Part shown: one piece after another, positions 28,821 to 38,340 of the stretch
Numbering within the stretch: the first letter of the stretch is position 1
Layout of the letters: the number at the start of each line of letters is the position of its first letter
From: Oscillospiraceae bacterium
GTDB taxonomy: Bacteria; Bacillota_I; Bacilli_A; Erysipelotrichales; Erysipelotrichaceae
Direction of reading: 5' to 3'
Assembly (NCBI GenBank): GCA_963619285.1
Contig: CAVEWG010000007.1
Span: 1-57,165 of the forward strand
Length of the DNA stretch: 57,165 bases
Notes under the pieces: generated by a model
Told to the model about the DNA's origin: nothing
The model's input: the letters and a program-made list of their open reading frames with translations, nothing else
Databases searched by the model: none
Translations under genes and position numbers: made by a program

Positions 28821-30899
28821 ATGGAATATGATTTCAAAGATTTCGGTTCATGCTTATTCGATGATAGAGAAATGGCTAAAAGATTGCCCTCTCCTGTCTT
28901 CAAAAAATTCAAAGAAGCTAAGGCACATGAAAAACCATTAGAAAGTGAAGTAGCTGATGCGATTGCTCATGAGATGAAGGATTGGGCACTAGAACATCAT
29001 TGTACACACTATACCCATTGGTTTCATCCTTTAACTGGTTCTACTGCTGAAAAACATAATTCATTTGTAGAAGAAAAAGACGGTGTTCCTATTTGTAGAT
29101 TCTCTGGCAAGTCTTTAATTAAAGATGAACCAGATGCTTCAAGTTTCCCAAGTGGAGGTCTAAGAGCTACTTTTGAGGCTAGGGGCTATACTTATTGGGA
29201 TGTAGAATCACCTGCTTTTATTAGAGGACATGTCTTATATATTCCTACTGTATTTATTTCATATACTGGTGAATCTCTTGATACTAAAGGACCTCTTTTA
29301 AAGTCAATTGAAGCTGTTTCAAATGCCGCAAGTAGAATTGTAAATAGCTTTGGTGATAAGACTGTTAAAAGAGTTATTCCAAGTGTTGGTCTTGAACAAG
29401 AATATTTCTTAGTCGATAAAGACACTTTCTATAAGCGTAGAGATTTATATTTAACTGGTAAGACATTACTTGGTGCTATGCCTCCAAAGGGCCAAGAGCT
29501 TGAAAGACATTACTTTGGGACTATTTCTTCTAAGGTAAATGACTACATGGAAGAAGTGAATAAAGAACTTTGGAATTTAGGTGTTTATGCTAAGGCTGAA
29601 CATAATGAAGTTGCACCTGGTCAATTTGAGATTTCTCCTATTTTCTCTAGTTTAAATGTTGCGATTGATCAAAACATGTTAATGATGGATGTTTTACAAA
29701 AGGTCGCAATTAAACATGGTTTGGTTTGTTTATTACATGAAAAACCATTTGATGGTGTAAATGGTTCTGGTAAGCATAATAACTATTCATTAGTTACAGA
29801 TGATGGCCAAAACTTATTTGATCCAGGCAAGGATCCTCATAATAATGTGCGTTTCTTATTGTTCACAAGCGCTTTAATTAAAGCGGTTGATGATAATGCG
29901 GAATTAATTAGACTTGCTTCTAGTGATTCTGGTAATGACTTTAGACTTGGCGCTAATGAAGCTCCTCCTGCTATTGTTTCTATATATCTTGGTGATGTAA
30001 TTGAAAATATCTTTGAATCACTTGTTGGTAAAAAGCCTGCAAGCTATGTTAAGTCTGGCTTAAAGGAATTTGGTATGTCTACAATTAAGAACTTACCAAA
30101 GGATAATTCAGATAGAAATAGAACTTCTCCTGTGGCTTTCACTGGTAATAAGTTTGAATTTAGAATGCTTGGTTCTAGCATGAATGCTTCTTTCTTAAAT
30201 ACTGTAATTAATACTTCTTTAGCTAAGGTTCTCGATGAAATGGCTGATGAACTTGATAAGGTAAAGAATAGACAAGATGTAAGAGAAAAGGCTATTTCAA
30301 TCATTGGTGCCACTTATAAGAAGCATAAGAGAGTTGTTTTCTCTGGCAATGGTTATAGTGAGGATTGGGTTAAGGAAGCAGCTAAAAGAGGTCTTCCAAA
30401 TGTTAGAACATTTGTTGAAGCTATTGATTCTTTTTCAACTAAAGAAAGTGTTTCTTTATTTGAAAAGTATGGCGTATATAGTGAAAAAGAAATCTTGGCT
30501 AGAAGTGAAATCATGTATGAGTCTTTCGTAAATATCAGAAGTATTGAGATTAAGACTTTGACTGCTATGATTTATCAAAATATTATTCCTTCTGCAATCA
30601 AGGAATTAAACTTTATCACTACTGCTGGTGATTATATGTCTAGTTCAATGAAGACAAGAGCTGAAAAGTTGTCTGCTTTCATTGATGAGTGTTCTTTGCT
30701 TGCTGGTAAGAGTGAAGATGAATTAAGGGCTTCTTTAAAGAAGATTAGTGCTAAGGATGAAGGCTTATATATCTTGAAGAAAGTTATTCCTTTAACTGAA
30801 AAGTTAAGAGCTACTGCTGATAAGATGGAACATTATATTTCAAGTGACAATCTTCCTTATCCTTCATATGAGAAGTTGTTCTTCGATACTGACTTTTAA
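28821..30899 (+). CDS. glnN: Glutamine synthetase, type III
   Basis: 692 aa. N-terminus FGSCLFDDREMAKRLPSPVFKKF...MKDWALEHHCTHYTHWFHPLTGSTAEKHNSF is characteristic of GSIII. Confidence 0.9.
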   Translation: MEYDFKDFGSCLFDDREMAKRLPSPVFKKFKEAKAHEKPLESEVADAIAHEMKDWALEHHCTHYTHWFHPLTGSTAEKHNSFVEEKDGVPICRFSGKSLIKDEPDASSFPSGGLRATFEARGYTYWDVESPAFIRGHVLYIPTVFISYTGESLDTKGPLLKSIEAVSNAASRIVNSFGDKTVKRVIPSVGLEQEYFLVDKDTFYKRRDLYLTGKTLLGAMPPKGQELERHYFGTISSKVNDYMEEVNKELWNLGVYAKAEHNEVAPGQFEISPIFSSLNVAIDQNMLMMDVLQKVAIKHGLVCLLHEKPFDGVNGSGKHNNYSLVTDDGQNLFDPGKDPHNNVRFLLFTSALIKAVDDNAELIRLASSDSGNDFRLGANEAPPAIVSIYLGDVIENIFESLVGKKPASYVKSGLKEFGMSTIKNLPKDNSDRNRTSPVAFTGNKFEFRMLGSSMNASFLNTVINTSLAKVLDEMADELDKVKNRQDVREKAISIIGATYKKHKRVVFSGNGYSEDWVKEAAKRGLPNVRTFVEAIDSFSTKESVSLFEKYGVYSEKEILARSEIMYESFVNIRSIEIKTLTAMIYQNIIPSAIKELNFITTAGDYMSSSMKTRAEKLSAFIDECSLLAGKSEDELRASLKKISAKDEGLYILKKVIPLTEKLRATADKMEHYISSDNLPYPSYEKLFFDTDF

Positions 30900-30904
30900 T
30901 TGAT

Positions 30905-31906
30905 ATGGCTGTTCTTGATTACAATAAAATAGGTTTTTCCTATAATGAAACGAAGTATCGTTATGTATCTAAATTTAAAGATGGCAAATGGGATGAAGGT
31001 GGTTTAATCACTGATCCTAATGTCATCTTAAATGAGTCAGCTGCTATCCTTCAATATTGTGGACAAGTCTTTGAAGGGCTTAAGGCTTATCGAACAATAG
31101 ATGATAGAGTTGTTTTATTTAGACCTGATCAAAATGGTAAAAGACTATATGATTCAGCATGTGTTATGCAACTACCTCCTTTTCCAGTAGATAGATTTGT
31201 AGATGCTGTAAAACAAGTTGTTAAGGCTAATATTGATGATGTGCCAGGGTATGATACAGGTGCTACGCTATATCTTAGGCCTTATATCTTTGGTACAAAT
31301 CCAATTTTAGGTGTAAAACCAGCTAGCGAATTTGAATTTAGAGTGTTCGCAAGTCCGGTTGGCCCTTATTTTTCAGGAGATCTACAAAAGAAATTGTTAG
31401 TTCCTGATTTTGATAGAGCTGCTCCTCATGGTACAGGACACATTAAAGCAGGGTTAAACTATGCGATGTCTTTGCGTCCTTATGTTTTAGCTCATCAACA
31501 AGGCTATGATGAAAACTTGTATTTAGATAGCGCTACTAGAACTTATATTGAGGAAACAGGTGGAGCTAATGTCTTATTTGTTGATAAAAATGATAAGATT
31601 GTTACACCTAAGTCAAATACTATTCTTCCATCTATCACAAGAAGAAGTTTGATTCATGTAGCCGAGATGTATCTAAATCTAGAGGTTGAAGAAAGGCCTA
31701 TTAGAATTGATGAATTAGCTGATTTTAAAGAATGTGGCTTATGTGGAACGGCAGCGGTTATTTCTCCTGTTGGATCTGTAACTTATAAAGATACAGTATA
31801 TGAATTTAAGACCGGTCCAATTGTTAATAAACTAAAGGATACTTTATTAGGCATTCAAAAGGGAAGACTAAAAGGACCTGAGGGCTGGGTTGTAGAAATT
31901 AAATAA
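30905..31906 (+). CDS. ilvE: Branched-chain amino acid aminotransferase
   Basis: 333 aa, class IV aminotransferase motifs (FEGLKAYR, GTGHIKAGLNYA, ETGGANVLFV). Confidence 0.9.
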   Translation: MAVLDYNKIGFSYNETKYRYVSKFKDGKWDEGGLITDPNVILNESAAILQYCGQVFEGLKAYRTIDDRVVLFRPDQNGKRLYDSACVMQLPPFPVDRFVDAVKQVVKANIDDVPGYDTGATLYLRPYIFGTNPILGVKPASEFEFRVFASPVGPYFSGDLQKKLLVPDFDRAAPHGTGHIKAGLNYAMSLRPYVLAHQQGYDENLYLDSATRTYIEETGGANVLFVDKNDKIVTPKSNTILPSITRRSLIHVAEMYLNLEVEERPIRIDELADFKECGLCGTAAVISPVGSVTYKDTVYEFKTGPIVNKLKDTLLGIQKGRLKGPEGWVVEIK

Positions 31907-31913
31907 GGGTGGA

Positions 31914-32714
31914 CTAATCTCCATCCTTTATTGTGCTTAAAAGTGATTCATAATGTAGCCCATAATAACTAGATTTAGAATTAATTGTGTTTTGGATACA
32001 TTTGTTAGTTAGCTTGGAAGCTAATTGTACGCTGCTTATAAAGTTATTTGTCTTCATCATGTTTGCACAAAGCAAAGAGGCAAAGACGTCACCTGTTCCA
32101 TGTAGTTCATGATTAATATAGTCATATAGTATATACATTGTTTCATTTTTATCTTTTAATAAATAACCGATCTTATTATCTTTTTTAACACCAGTTATTA
32201 CTACTTTGTCATTTGAAAATTTATTAATAATATCTAGAGGATCATCGTTAATATTGCTGTTTGTAAGTAAGCAAGCCTCGGTTAAATTAGGCGATATATA
32301 ATCAGCTTTATCTACTAATCTTCTTAGTGAGTTCAAATATTTTTCATCAAAACAATTAAATTGTTTTCCGTTGTCACCAAGCACTGGATCTACAAATATA
32401 GTAGAATCATTTTCATCAATATAGTTACATACATAATCTATTTGTTTATAGTCTTTAAAAAAGCCTGTATAGATAGTATCAAATGTTATGCCTTGTTTCT
32501 TCCATAGTTTACTAAATACAATTAATTCCTCACTGTTATCTTTTGTGATGTAATCTTTAAAACATGTTTGATTTGATAAAGTACAGGTAGGCAAGGGTAT
32601 AGTTTCGATATCGTAAGCTGATATAAGCGGTATCGATACTGTTAGAGAACATTTACCAACACATGATAAATCGTTTATAAGTAATACTTTTTGCATAAGA
32701 TGATTATACTTCAT
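31914..32714 (-). CDS. pdxK: Pyridoxal/pyridoxamine kinase family protein
   Basis: 266 aa, QKVLLINDLSCVGKCSL...GTGDVFASLL. Confidence 0.75.
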   Translation of the reverse strand: MKYNHLMQKVLLINDLSCVGKCSLTVSIPLISAYDIETIPLPTCTLSNQTCFKDYITKDNSEELIVFSKLWKKQGITFDTIYTGFFKDYKQIDYVCNYIDENDSTIFVDPVLGDNGKQFNCFDEKYLNSLRRLVDKADYISPNLTEACLLTNSNINDDPLDIINKFSNDKVVITGVKKDNKIGYLLKDKNETMYILYDYINHELHGTGDVFASLLCANMMKTNNFISSVQLASKLTNKCIQNTINSKSSYYGLHYESLLSTIKDGD

Positions 32715-32961
32715 TAGGCGAAGTGTGATGGCTATTTTAAACTTATGCGTAATGTGTTAAAAGAAAGAGATCAAGCCGATATTTCAAGACTGAAAAGCAA
32801 GGAATTAAAAATGCGCGACACTGTCGAGCGAATTTGAAATTAGCAAATATTTATTGTATTAGATGGTTTAAAAACTATTTTTCCATATTTTTACAAATTT
32901 AGGGTAGGAATTTTTGATTTTCATGTCAATAAAGATATGAAGGAGTTAATACTTAATTAAA

Positions 32962-33981
32962 ATGATTAAGAAAAATAATGAATTATCAACAAATCAAACA
33001 AATGATACATACAAAGAAATAAGAAGCTATATTATTGATGCAAGGAAACAAATTTATAAAGCTGTTAATTTCTCAATGGTTGAGGCTTATTGGAATATTG
33101 GTAAGAAAATATATGAAGTATGTGGTGAAAATGATAGAGCAGCATATGGAAAGCAAGTTCTAAAAGATATTTCAAAGAAGCTAACAGTGGAATTTGGAAA
33201 GGGGTTTGATACATCAAATCTCAGTAACATGAAACAATTCTACGTGTCATATGCAAATTATGACACGGTGTGTCATGAATTGAGTTGGTCTCATTATCGT
33301 TTATTGATCAGGGTTAAAGATGATAATGCTCGAACTTTTTACACCAATGAATGCGCTAGCGCTTCATGGAGTGTTCGCCAACTTCAAAGGCAAATCAATA
33401 CAATGTATTATAATCGCACGTTAGCTAGTAAAGATAAAGAAGCGGTTGCTAAAGAAATTGAAACTAGCGTTCCTAAGCCGTATTATGAATCAATCATCAA
33501 AGATCCATATGTATTAGAATTTTTAGATTTGCCAGCTAATGATCATTTTTATGAAACAAATTTAGAAGAAGCTTTAATCAATCATCTTCAAAAGTTTTTG
33601 TTAGAACTTGGCAGAGGCTTTTCCTTTGTTGCTAGACAAAAACATTTTGTAATAGATGGGAGGCATTTCTACATAGACCTTGTATTTTATAATTACATTC
33701 TAAAATGTTTTGTGCTAATAGACTTAAAAACAGAAGATTTAACACATCAAGATATAGGTCAAATGCAAATGTATGTAAATTATTATACTCGAGAACTAAT
33801 AAACGAAGGCGACAATCCACCAATTGGCATATTATTGTGTGCCGATAAAAGTGACACCTTAGTTAAATATACTTTGCCTGAAGGAAATAATCAGGTGTTT
33901 GCGTCTAAATACATGACTTATCTTCCTAGTGAAGAAGAACTTAAAAAAGAATTGAACCTAGATGATTTTAGGAAACTTTAG
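32962..33981 (+). CDS. DUF1016/YhcG-family PDDEXK nuclease-like protein
   Basis: 339 aa. C-terminal FYIDLVFYNYILKCFVLIDLKTEDLTHQDIGQMQMYVNYY matches the D...(E/D)xK core of YhcG. Confidence 0.8.
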   Translation: MIKKNNELSTNQTNDTYKEIRSYIIDARKQIYKAVNFSMVEAYWNIGKKIYEVCGENDRAAYGKQVLKDISKKLTVEFGKGFDTSNLSNMKQFYVSYANYDTVCHELSWSHYRLLIRVKDDNARTFYTNECASASWSVRQLQRQINTMYYNRTLASKDKEAVAKEIETSVPKPYYESIIKDPYVLEFLDLPANDHFYETNLEEALINHLQKFLLELGRGFSFVARQKHFVIDGRHFYIDLVFYNYILKCFVLIDLKTEDLTHQDIGQMQMYVNYYTRELINEGDNPPIGILLCADKSDTLVKYTLPEGNNQVFASKYMTYLPSEEELKKELNLDDFRKL

Positions 33982-34969
33982 TATGAAGGATTTCTCTAAT
34001 TAATTGTTTGTTATACATTATTTGTTTTAGTATTTCTACATCATTTACGTTTAAGTCTAAATTATCTAAATACCATCTTACTTTATTCATTAGTTTGATG
34101 TTATTCTTTTCAATTTTTATTTTGGTTTTATAGACTTGTTCATAATAGTAAATAAAGATTAGTGATTTAACTATTGATAGACAAGAGTTTTCTATCCAAA
34201 AGTTACATGAATCATATGGTGGTAAGTATTGTTCAAGCAGTTTTTCGATCATGATTCTACCATCAACATTATTTTGATAAATATCTACATAGATATAGTC
34301 AAATTGTTTTAAGCATCGTTCATTAAAATAATCAAAGGCATCGCCATTGATAATATCAATTTTCTTATTTGGGAATTGATCTTTTATTTGATCAAACAGT
34401 TCAATTACTTCTTTTGATCTTTCGATTACAGTGATTGATTTAACGTTTTCATTTAATGAGGCCATATATATAAAATAGCCAATGCCAAGTCCAAAGGTGA
34501 TAATGTTTCCATGTGCTTTTTTAGCATATGGATCATTAGTTCTAAATTCAGATATAGAGGCCATCATCCATTCTTGTTTTCCTTGTTTTAAAAACATCAT
34601 ATCTGTATCTTGTTTATAGGCTCTTAGAATCATGTAATCATTTAATTCTTTATTTTTATCGTCTTGTATTTCATCTATGTTGAATAGATAGCCTTTTTCT
34701 ATAGTAACTGTTTCATAGGAAAAGTCTTTTAGTTTGATGTCTTTAAAACTAATGTTTTTTAAATAGGGATTATTTATGTAGTCTTTCTTTTCAATGAATA
34801 ATGATTTTATATCATCTTGTTCACCGGCTTGTTTTAATTCTTTGATGGCTACTTTTTCATCTTTTATATCGACATAGCCATCTAAAAAATCATTTAGTTC
34901 TATTTTTGAATTGTTTATTTTTAATCTATTTAAATAGTCTTTAATTGTGGGCGTTACTTGTATATGCAT
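33968..34969 (-). CDS. Class I SAM-dependent methyltransferase / spermidine-synthase-like fold protein
   Basis: 333 aa, IITFGLGIGYFIYMA...ITVIERSKEVI...INGDAFDYF...YVDIY. Function unknown. Confidence 0.55.
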   Translation of the reverse strand: MHIQVTPTIKDYLNRLKINNSKIELNDFLDGYVDIKDEKVAIKELKQAGEQDDIKSLFIEKKDYINNPYLKNISFKDIKLKDFSYETVTIEKGYLFNIDEIQDDKNKELNDYMILRAYKQDTDMMFLKQGKQEWMMASISEFRTNDPYAKKAHGNIITFGLGIGYFIYMASLNENVKSITVIERSKEVIELFDQIKDQFPNKKIDIINGDAFDYFNERCLKQFDYIYVDIYQNNVDGRIMIEKLLEQYLPPYDSCNFWIENSCLSIVKSLIFIYYYEQVYKTKIKIEKNNIKLMNKVRWYLDNLDLNVNDVEILKQIMYNKQLIREILHTKVS

Positions 34970-35010
34970 ATTTATATTGTAGAATAATTGATGTATTTTA
35001 GGAGAATTTT

Positions 35011-35919
35011 ATGTTTACAGCAACTTTAAATCAAATGTTGTTTCTGTTTTGTTGCATACTTGTAGGTTATGTTTTAAAGAAAAAGAATCTACTTGGAAAC
35101 AATCCAGAAAGTGTTATTTCAAAGCTTGAGAATTTAATTTTGATTCCTTGTTTATTAATTAAGTCTTTTTATACTAATTGCACAATTGAAAGCTTAAGTA
35201 ACAACTTGGATTTATTATTGTATGGCTTATTTTTTGTGGTATTACAAGTAATCATTGCTTATTTGTGTTTGCCTTTATTTAAAGCTAATGATAAAGAAAA
35301 GGGTATTTTTGTTTATTCAATGTCGGTTGTTAATTTCTCTTTCATGGGCAATTCTTTAGTAAATGCTTTATTTGGTTCTGAGATGTTATATAAGTATTTA
35401 ATCTTTTCGATGCCACTAAATGTACTTGCGTTTTCTATTGGCTATGTATGGCTAAGTGGCAGCAAGTTTTCTTTTAAGAAGTTAATTAATCCTATTGTTG
35501 TTTCAATGCTTATTGGAATAGTTTTAGGACTAAGTGGCATAAAGCTTCCATTGTTTATTGAAAATACTATCAATAATTTAGCTAATTGTTTCTCGCCTTT
35601 AGCGATGGTTTTAACAGGTCTAGTAATTGGTGGTTATGACATTAAGAAGTTGTTTACTAATAAAAGAGTTTATTTATTAACAGTCATTAGATGTTTAATA
35701 TTGCCTCTTATTCTTTTATATGCATGTAAGTTTATGGGTTTAAAACAAGATATCATTACTTTATTAATCTTTATTTGTGCTATGCCTTTAGGCTTGAATA
35801 CAATAGTTGTTCCAAGCGCCTTTGGCCAAGATACAACTCTTGGTGCTAGTATGGCTTTGGTTTCGAATATCTTGGGACTTGTAACTGTTCCGATGTTTTT
35901 AGCTTTATTTGTGGTGTAA
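35011..35919 (+). CDS. AEC (auxin efflux carrier) family transporter
   Basis: 302 aa, ~10 TM. The N-terminus is typical of the family. Confidence 0.75.
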   Translation: MFTATLNQMLFLFCCILVGYVLKKKNLLGNNPESVISKLENLILIPCLLIKSFYTNCTIESLSNNLDLLLYGLFFVVLQVIIAYLCLPLFKANDKEKGIFVYSMSVVNFSFMGNSLVNALFGSEMLYKYLIFSMPLNVLAFSIGYVWLSGSKFSFKKLINPIVVSMLIGIVLGLSGIKLPLFIENTINNLANCFSPLAMVLTGLVIGGYDIKKLFTNKRVYLLTVIRCLILPLILLYACKFMGLKQDIITLLIFICAMPLGLNTIVVPSAFGQDTTLGASMALVSNILGLVTVPMFLALFVV

Positions 35920-35928
35920 AATACTTTT

Positions 35929-37032
35929 ATGAGTTTAACTGCAGGAATTATTGGACTACCAAATGTAGGTAAGTCAACTTTATTTAACGCTATTACAAAT
36001 TCAAGAGTAGAGGCAGCTAATTATCCTTTTGCGACAATTGAACCAAATGTCGGTGTAGTTGAAGTAAAAGATGAAAGATTAATAAATCTAGCTAAGATTT
36101 TTGAACCAGAAAGGACTATTTTTACTACTTTTGAATTTACTGATATAGCGGGACTTGTAAAAGGCGCAAGTAATGGTGAAGGACTTGGAAATAAGTTCTT
36201 GGCTAATATTAGAGAAGTAGATGCGATTTGTCATGTTGTTAGATGTTTTGAAGACAACGATATTCAACATGTTTATAATCGTATAGATCCTGTTGATGAT
36301 ATTGAAATCATTAACTATGAATTGATTATGGCTGATATCGCTACTTGTGATAATCGTATTTCTAAGGTAGAGAAGAAGGCTTTGACTACTAAGGATAGTG
36401 AATCTTTATTTGAATACAATATTTTAAAGAGAATTAAAGATGCTTTAAATAAGTCTACTTTAATTAGATCTTTAGATTTCAATGAAGAAGAAAAGGCTTA
36501 TATCAAACAATTTTGTTTCTTAACTGCTAAGCCTGTTATCTATATTGGCAACATCAAGGAAGAAGAAATAAATGATCCTGACTGCAATCCTCATTTTGTA
36601 GCTTTAAAGGAATATGCTAAAAAAGAAAACAGTGAAGTTGTTGCGATTAGTGCACATATTGAAGAAGAACTTTCTGATTTAAGTAAAGAAGATAAGCAAG
36701 CTTTCTTAGAGGATTTAGGAATTAGTCATTCTGGATTAGATGAGTTAATTTTAAAAGCTTATAAGACATTGGGCTTAAAGACTTTTTTTACTGTTGGAAA
36801 AGATGAGTGCCGTGGATGGACGTTTACTGATGGTATGAAGGCTCCTGATTGTGCTGGTGTTATTCATACAGATTTCAAGAGAGGCTTTATCAAGGCTGAA
36901 GTATATGCCTATGATGATATGATGGTTTATGGTTCAGAGGCTAAGCTAAAGGAAGCTGGTAAGGTAAGACAAGAAGGTAAGGAATATCTTGTAAAAGATG
37001 GCGATGTAATCTTCTTTAAATTTAATGTATAG
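35929..37032 (+). CDS. ychF: Redox-regulated ATPase YchF
   Basis: 367 aa, GIIGLPNVGKSTLFNAIT...DIAGLVKGAS... Confidence 0.95.
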   Translation: MSLTAGIIGLPNVGKSTLFNAITNSRVEAANYPFATIEPNVGVVEVKDERLINLAKIFEPERTIFTTFEFTDIAGLVKGASNGEGLGNKFLANIREVDAICHVVRCFEDNDIQHVYNRIDPVDDIEIINYELIMADIATCDNRISKVEKKALTTKDSESLFEYNILKRIKDALNKSTLIRSLDFNEEEKAYIKQFCFLTAKPVIYIGNIKEEEINDPDCNPHFVALKEYAKKENSEVVAISAHIEEELSDLSKEDKQAFLEDLGISHSGLDELILKAYKTLGLKTFFTVGKDECRGWTFTDGMKAPDCAGVIHTDFKRGFIKAEVYAYDDMMVYGSEAKLKEAGKVRQEGKEYLVKDGDVIFFKFNV

Positions 37033-37095
37033 GACAGTTAATAGCTGTTCTTTTTGATTGTGATAGAATGATTGCATATTAAAGGAGGGTTAGAT

Positions 37096-37653
37096 ATGGA
37101 TTATTCTGCATTATTATTAAGTATTATAAGTGCTTATGGTCTATTGATTTTAGCGATAGTTGTTGTAATTATTGTTGGAAAATGGAAAGTATTTAAAAAG
37201 GCTGCTAAGCCAGGCTGGGCTTCAATTGTTCCTTTCTATAACGACTATATCGAGTTCTTGTTGTTTTGGGGTAATGGATGGCTATTTGCTGTACCGATTG
37301 TATTGGGCATATTTTCACCTATTCCAATTCTAGGACAAGTTTCTTGGTTACTGATTGTTGTTATTAGGGGTGTTCATTGCTACAAAGAAGCTGAAGCCTT
37401 TGGTCAAGGTTTGGGCTTTGCGTTAGGTTTATTTTTCTTAAAGCCAATCTTTATTTGTATCTTAGGCTTTGGTAAGAAATATGAATATCATGGTGTTCCA
37501 ATTGATGGCTATTCATATAGAGAATTGAAGGAAAAGTTTGATTCGGTTAATAAGAAAGATGTTAACTATGAAAAACCTGAAGAGCCAAAAGAAAATACAA
37601 TGAAGTATGAACAGCCTGATGCTTCTAAAAAGGATGATTCTAATTTAGACTAA
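37096..37653 (+). CDS. DUF5684-like membrane protein
   Basis: ATG 37096 with AAAGGAGGG upstream. Motif KVFKKAAKPGWASIVPFYN. Confidence 0.65.
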   Translation: MDYSALLLSIISAYGLLILAIVVVIIVGKWKVFKKAAKPGWASIVPFYNDYIEFLLFWGNGWLFAVPIVLGIFSPIPILGQVSWLLIVVIRGVHCYKEAEAFGQGLGFALGLFFLKPIFICILGFGKKYEYHGVPIDGYSYRELKEKFDSVNKKDVNYEKPEEPKENTMKYEQPDASKKDDSNLD

Positions 37654-37708
37654 ATAACTTATCAAGAGAGTTTATAATAGCTCTCTTTTTTGTTGGCCCG
37701 TATAAACT

Positions 37709-37733
37709 AAAAGTTAATACAGTATTAACTTTT
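37709..37733. promoter_or_regulatory. Perfect 12+1+12 palindrome upstream of the secreted-protein gene (copy B)
   Basis: AAAAGTTAATAC-A-GTATTAACTTTT, flanked by outer complementary arms CCGTATA 37698-37704 and TATACGG 37740-37746. The centre lies 107 nt upstream of ATG 37828. Copy A is about 106 nt from its ATG. Confidence 0.6.
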
Positions 37734-37827
37734 TGGATATATACGGTATAAATTGTATTTGATAAAATTTATCCATAAATAATATAAGTTGCAACAAAAC
37801 TATTAATTTATACAAGGAGAAATAAAA

Positions 37828-38340
37828 ATGAAGAGATATTGTTCGTTAGTTCTGTCAATGTTATTGGTGTTTGCTGTAACTGGTTCATGTAATGTTTTTG
37901 CAGAAGACGAAGATGATATTGAATTAACTGGTGTAGCATGCCAATATTCAATGTCTTATATTCCAACTTATTTAAAAACAAATCAAAAAGTCCCAAGTAG
38001 CACTGTAACCGGAACAAATAATACGAGTGTAGAACAAAAACAAAGTTTTACGCAATCTAGAACGGTGACTTTTACCGGAAACGTGAGTGTAAAAGCTGAA
38101 AGAGACATAATTACTGGAACGGCCGGGATATCTGCCGAAGCAGGCTATGGTGTTTCAACAACGACTAGTTATACTGTTGAACTTGTTGTTCCTGCCCACA
38201 CTACAATGCATGTTGAAATTGGATCAATGAAAACTACAACATCAGGAAATATAAAGATAATCAATACGGATTGTTCAACAACGAAATCTAGTACTAAAAG
38301 ATTAGAATATACAAGTGGTCCTTATGCAACCTGGTATTAG
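37828..38340 (+). CDS. Small Sec-secreted beta-rich protein with an amphipathic S/T-flanked hairpin (aerolysin/ETX-MTX2-like pattern; hypothesis)
   Basis: 170 aa. Signal peptide MKRYCSLVLSMLLVFAVTGSCNVFA|EDEDD. Residues ~78-120 (TVTFTGNVSVKAERDIITGTAGISAEAGYGVSTTTSYTVELV) alternate polar and apolar. SD AAGGAGA. Confidence 0.65.
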   Translation: MKRYCSLVLSMLLVFAVTGSCNVFAEDEDDIELTGVACQYSMSYIPTYLKTNQKVPSSTVTGTNNTSVEQKQSFTQSRTVTFTGNVSVKAERDIITGTAGISAEAGYGVSTTTSYTVELVVPAHTTMHVEIGSMKTTTSGNIKIINTDCSTTKSSTKRLEYTSGPYATWY

